Origin: Squalus acanthias
Taxonomy: Eukaryota
Direction: 5' to 3'
Assembly: GCA_030390025.1 (NCBI GenBank)
Contig: CM059432.1
Location: 73,286,001-73,350,000, forward strand
Length of the DNA: 64,000 nucleotides
Both the position numbers and the translations under genes were made by a program. The notes under the pieces were generated by a model. That model was not told where the DNA came from. It ran no database searches and was given only the letters and a program-made list of their open reading frames with translations. Below, in pieces: positions 61,789-64,000 of this stretch (position 1 is its first letter; every line of letters starts with the position of its first letter).

Positions 61789-64000
61789 GGGGCTATTTCC
61801 CCCGCTGTAGTTTAGGTGGTAAAGAGTCTCCAAGGTGGCTAAGATGGGGTCTTGAGCCACACCTGGTTAGCCCGCCTTTAGCGCAAGATGCCATCTTGGT
61901 AAAAGAGTTTAAGCGCGTACTAAGAACGGCTGCTTTGAGGATGATTAAGTCTCTGATTACCAATTAAATGGGCTACTAACGCTCATTGAAGAGGCTACAT
62001 GCTGTTTTTCTGGAAGGCAGTGCAATTACCAACCTCTCCAAACAGCGACCAGCTGAACAGGAGTAAAGAGGTCGATGGTGAGGATTGCGAGCACTACTTA
62101 AAGCCATGCTCAGCTTTCACTGTTCGCTTGCTGATTGAGATCGACTGACTGTACGGTGTTTGAAGAGGACTTTTGATACACATCGGAAGACTTTCTGGGA
62201 CATTTTGTCAAGACTTCACCAACACTGTATCAACATCTGTTCTGGAAATTATCTGAGGACTTCACCTGAAGAGAGTGAGTGCTGTACTATTGTAACTAAT
62301 TGGAGACCTTATAGGAGTCACCAGGAGAAAGGAAGTGGTTGGTCATGGGGATCATGCTAGGGGTTGTAGGGGGTGGTGGTTTGTGTCAGCTTCACCTCTG
62401 ACTTCTGAGCGGTTCGAATCGCTCCCACTCCCTTGGTTCTCGACCTTGGACTTATTTGGGGGTTGTGATAAAAGGTGCAGCAGACAACTGAGTTTGGTGA
62501 AAAGAACTTCAATCTTTATTAAAAGGTAAAACACAAATAATAACACTCTTAATACTCCAAAGGTGGGGAACACTTTGTTACAAGTGAGGGAAATGACAGT
62601 AGAACAATACTTCACCCCTCCCAACCCCACTTTACTAGCTAAGTTAGGCTTTGAAGGATCAGGGATAATGCTCACCAATCCTTTGACAGTTGGGCTAAAT
62701 CGCGGTTTTGGGGTTCACTCTATATGTCGGTTGGTGTCTGCCATACCCCATACGCGGTAGAGGACTTCAACTGCGTATCTGGTCAGTCTTCGCGAGTCCG
62801 CTGATGCGGTAGGATGTCGTTTTGGATTTATCTGGTGAGTACCCAATTTCTTTGGTTTAGCAGTAGGGTTTAGAGTCTTTGGGAAAATCTTACCCAGGGG
62901 TAAGTCAGGAGTAGATTGTAGAGTGGAAACTTTGCGGTTCTTCGGGGTTTTCTTCCCTTGAGTTGGTCTTTGTTGGTCGCGGTGGCCTGCTATTACCCGG
63001 TCAGTTGGGGGTAATATGCGGTTGTTGGTTTCTTGAGGTCTTTGGTTTCCGCGATGGTTTTAGGCCTTGTCTAGTGTGTTGGTTGACCTCGTGGAGCTGT
63101 CGGTGACTTGTTGCTGCTTGTTGCTCCGGGTGACTGTGTTGGGACTGTTGTTGGAGGTCCGTCGAGGTGGTATCTTCACGAGCTGGACTCAGGTGTGTCT
63201 GAGTGGTGAGCGATGCCGACTCGCTTCCAGCTCGGCTTGTCTTCTTCCTTGTTTCTTCTTCTTCTGATGACCACCCTGAACTGCTTAACGGGCCTTCAAT
63301 TATACTGAATTGAAGTGGCCTTATCTACCCGCCAAATCTGCTCAGTTCATTGTCTGATTTTGGCAGGCCTGTTACCAGTAACTGCTCTGTAAGTGTCAAA
63401 TGGCTTTTGGGATGGCTTGCATCCTGTCGATCTCCTTGGTTGATCACTGGTTATTGATTTCGTGTTTGGTTTTCTAGGCTGGACTCGGTCTTTCTATAGA
63501 ATGGGGTCTGAGTGGGTTTTATTATGCATGTTTCTGATGGGTCCTGTGATCAGTTTTGATGGGGCCTGTATTTTGGGTGGGACTGTCTTCTCCCAGGGTC
63601 TATTGTTCAAATGTTAATGTCTGCTGGGGCTTGAGTGGGGTCATCCTGGTTCCCCAGGCAGTGTAATTAACTGCAATAGCCAAACTGCTTTTACAGAGGT
63701 CGAGCCCACCTCCTTGTCCCTTTACAGGCCCAGACATGTTTTTAAAATGCCAAAACTTGGTTTTTGGTCTTAAATTCCTTATGTTAGGCCCAAATGCATT
63801 TTTATCACTCTGAGGTAGTTCCAAAGTCCTTTTTCCTTAGGTTTTTGGGGATCTGCAAATTTTGGAAACCTTACAGGGTTCCCCTTGGTCAGGAGGAGGA
63901 GATGAGGCCAGGCAGGGCAACACCAGCTGCTGGAGGAGAGAGGGAGAGGTGGGCAATGAGGGCTCCAGATACATGGTGACTTGCTGCATGCACCACAATC
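61789..64000 (+). mobile_element. Harbinger left end and start of transposase gene, interrupted by a solo LTR; runs off the window
   Basis: GGGG terminus, CAAGATGCCATCTTGG subterminal motif, TACTTAAAG box; rejoined frame MGIMLGVPLGQEEEMR resembles the N-terminus at 1110. Confidence 0.6.
62365..63875 (-). mobile_element. Solo LTR, 1511 bp
   Basis: TGTAGG..CCTTACA termini, 4-bp TSD GGGT (62361-62364 and 63876-63879), minus-strand AATAAA near 62515-62520 and TATA-like near 63300. Confidence 0.85.

Overview
Eukaryotic intergenic or intronic DNA, almost certainly from a shark or other elasmobranch (inferred from an HE1-type V-SINE, SacSINE1-like DeuSINEs, and CR1, L2 and Penelope families). No host exon could be supported; most of the window is nested transposable elements. 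Main contents: (1) a PIF/Harbinger family comprising one apparently intact 4181-bp autonomous copy (32796-36976; DDE transposase plus a spliced 3-exon Myb/SANT partner), several decayed copies and two MITE lineages; (2) a young Gypsy-type LTR element (26692-29483) whose single ORF fuses Gag to integrase with RT/RNaseH deleted, and which has an 11-nt LTR-complementary segment instead of a tRNA primer-binding site, suggesting self-priming; (3) a family of long LTRs, including a 1.5-kb solo LTR and two inverted partial copies joined by the intact Harbinger; (4) Penelope-like fragments carrying minimal hammerhead ribozymes; (5) many CR1 and L2 LINE fragments, one near-full-length CR1, and three SINE families. 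Boundaries of decayed elements are approximate; all comparisons were made by eye.
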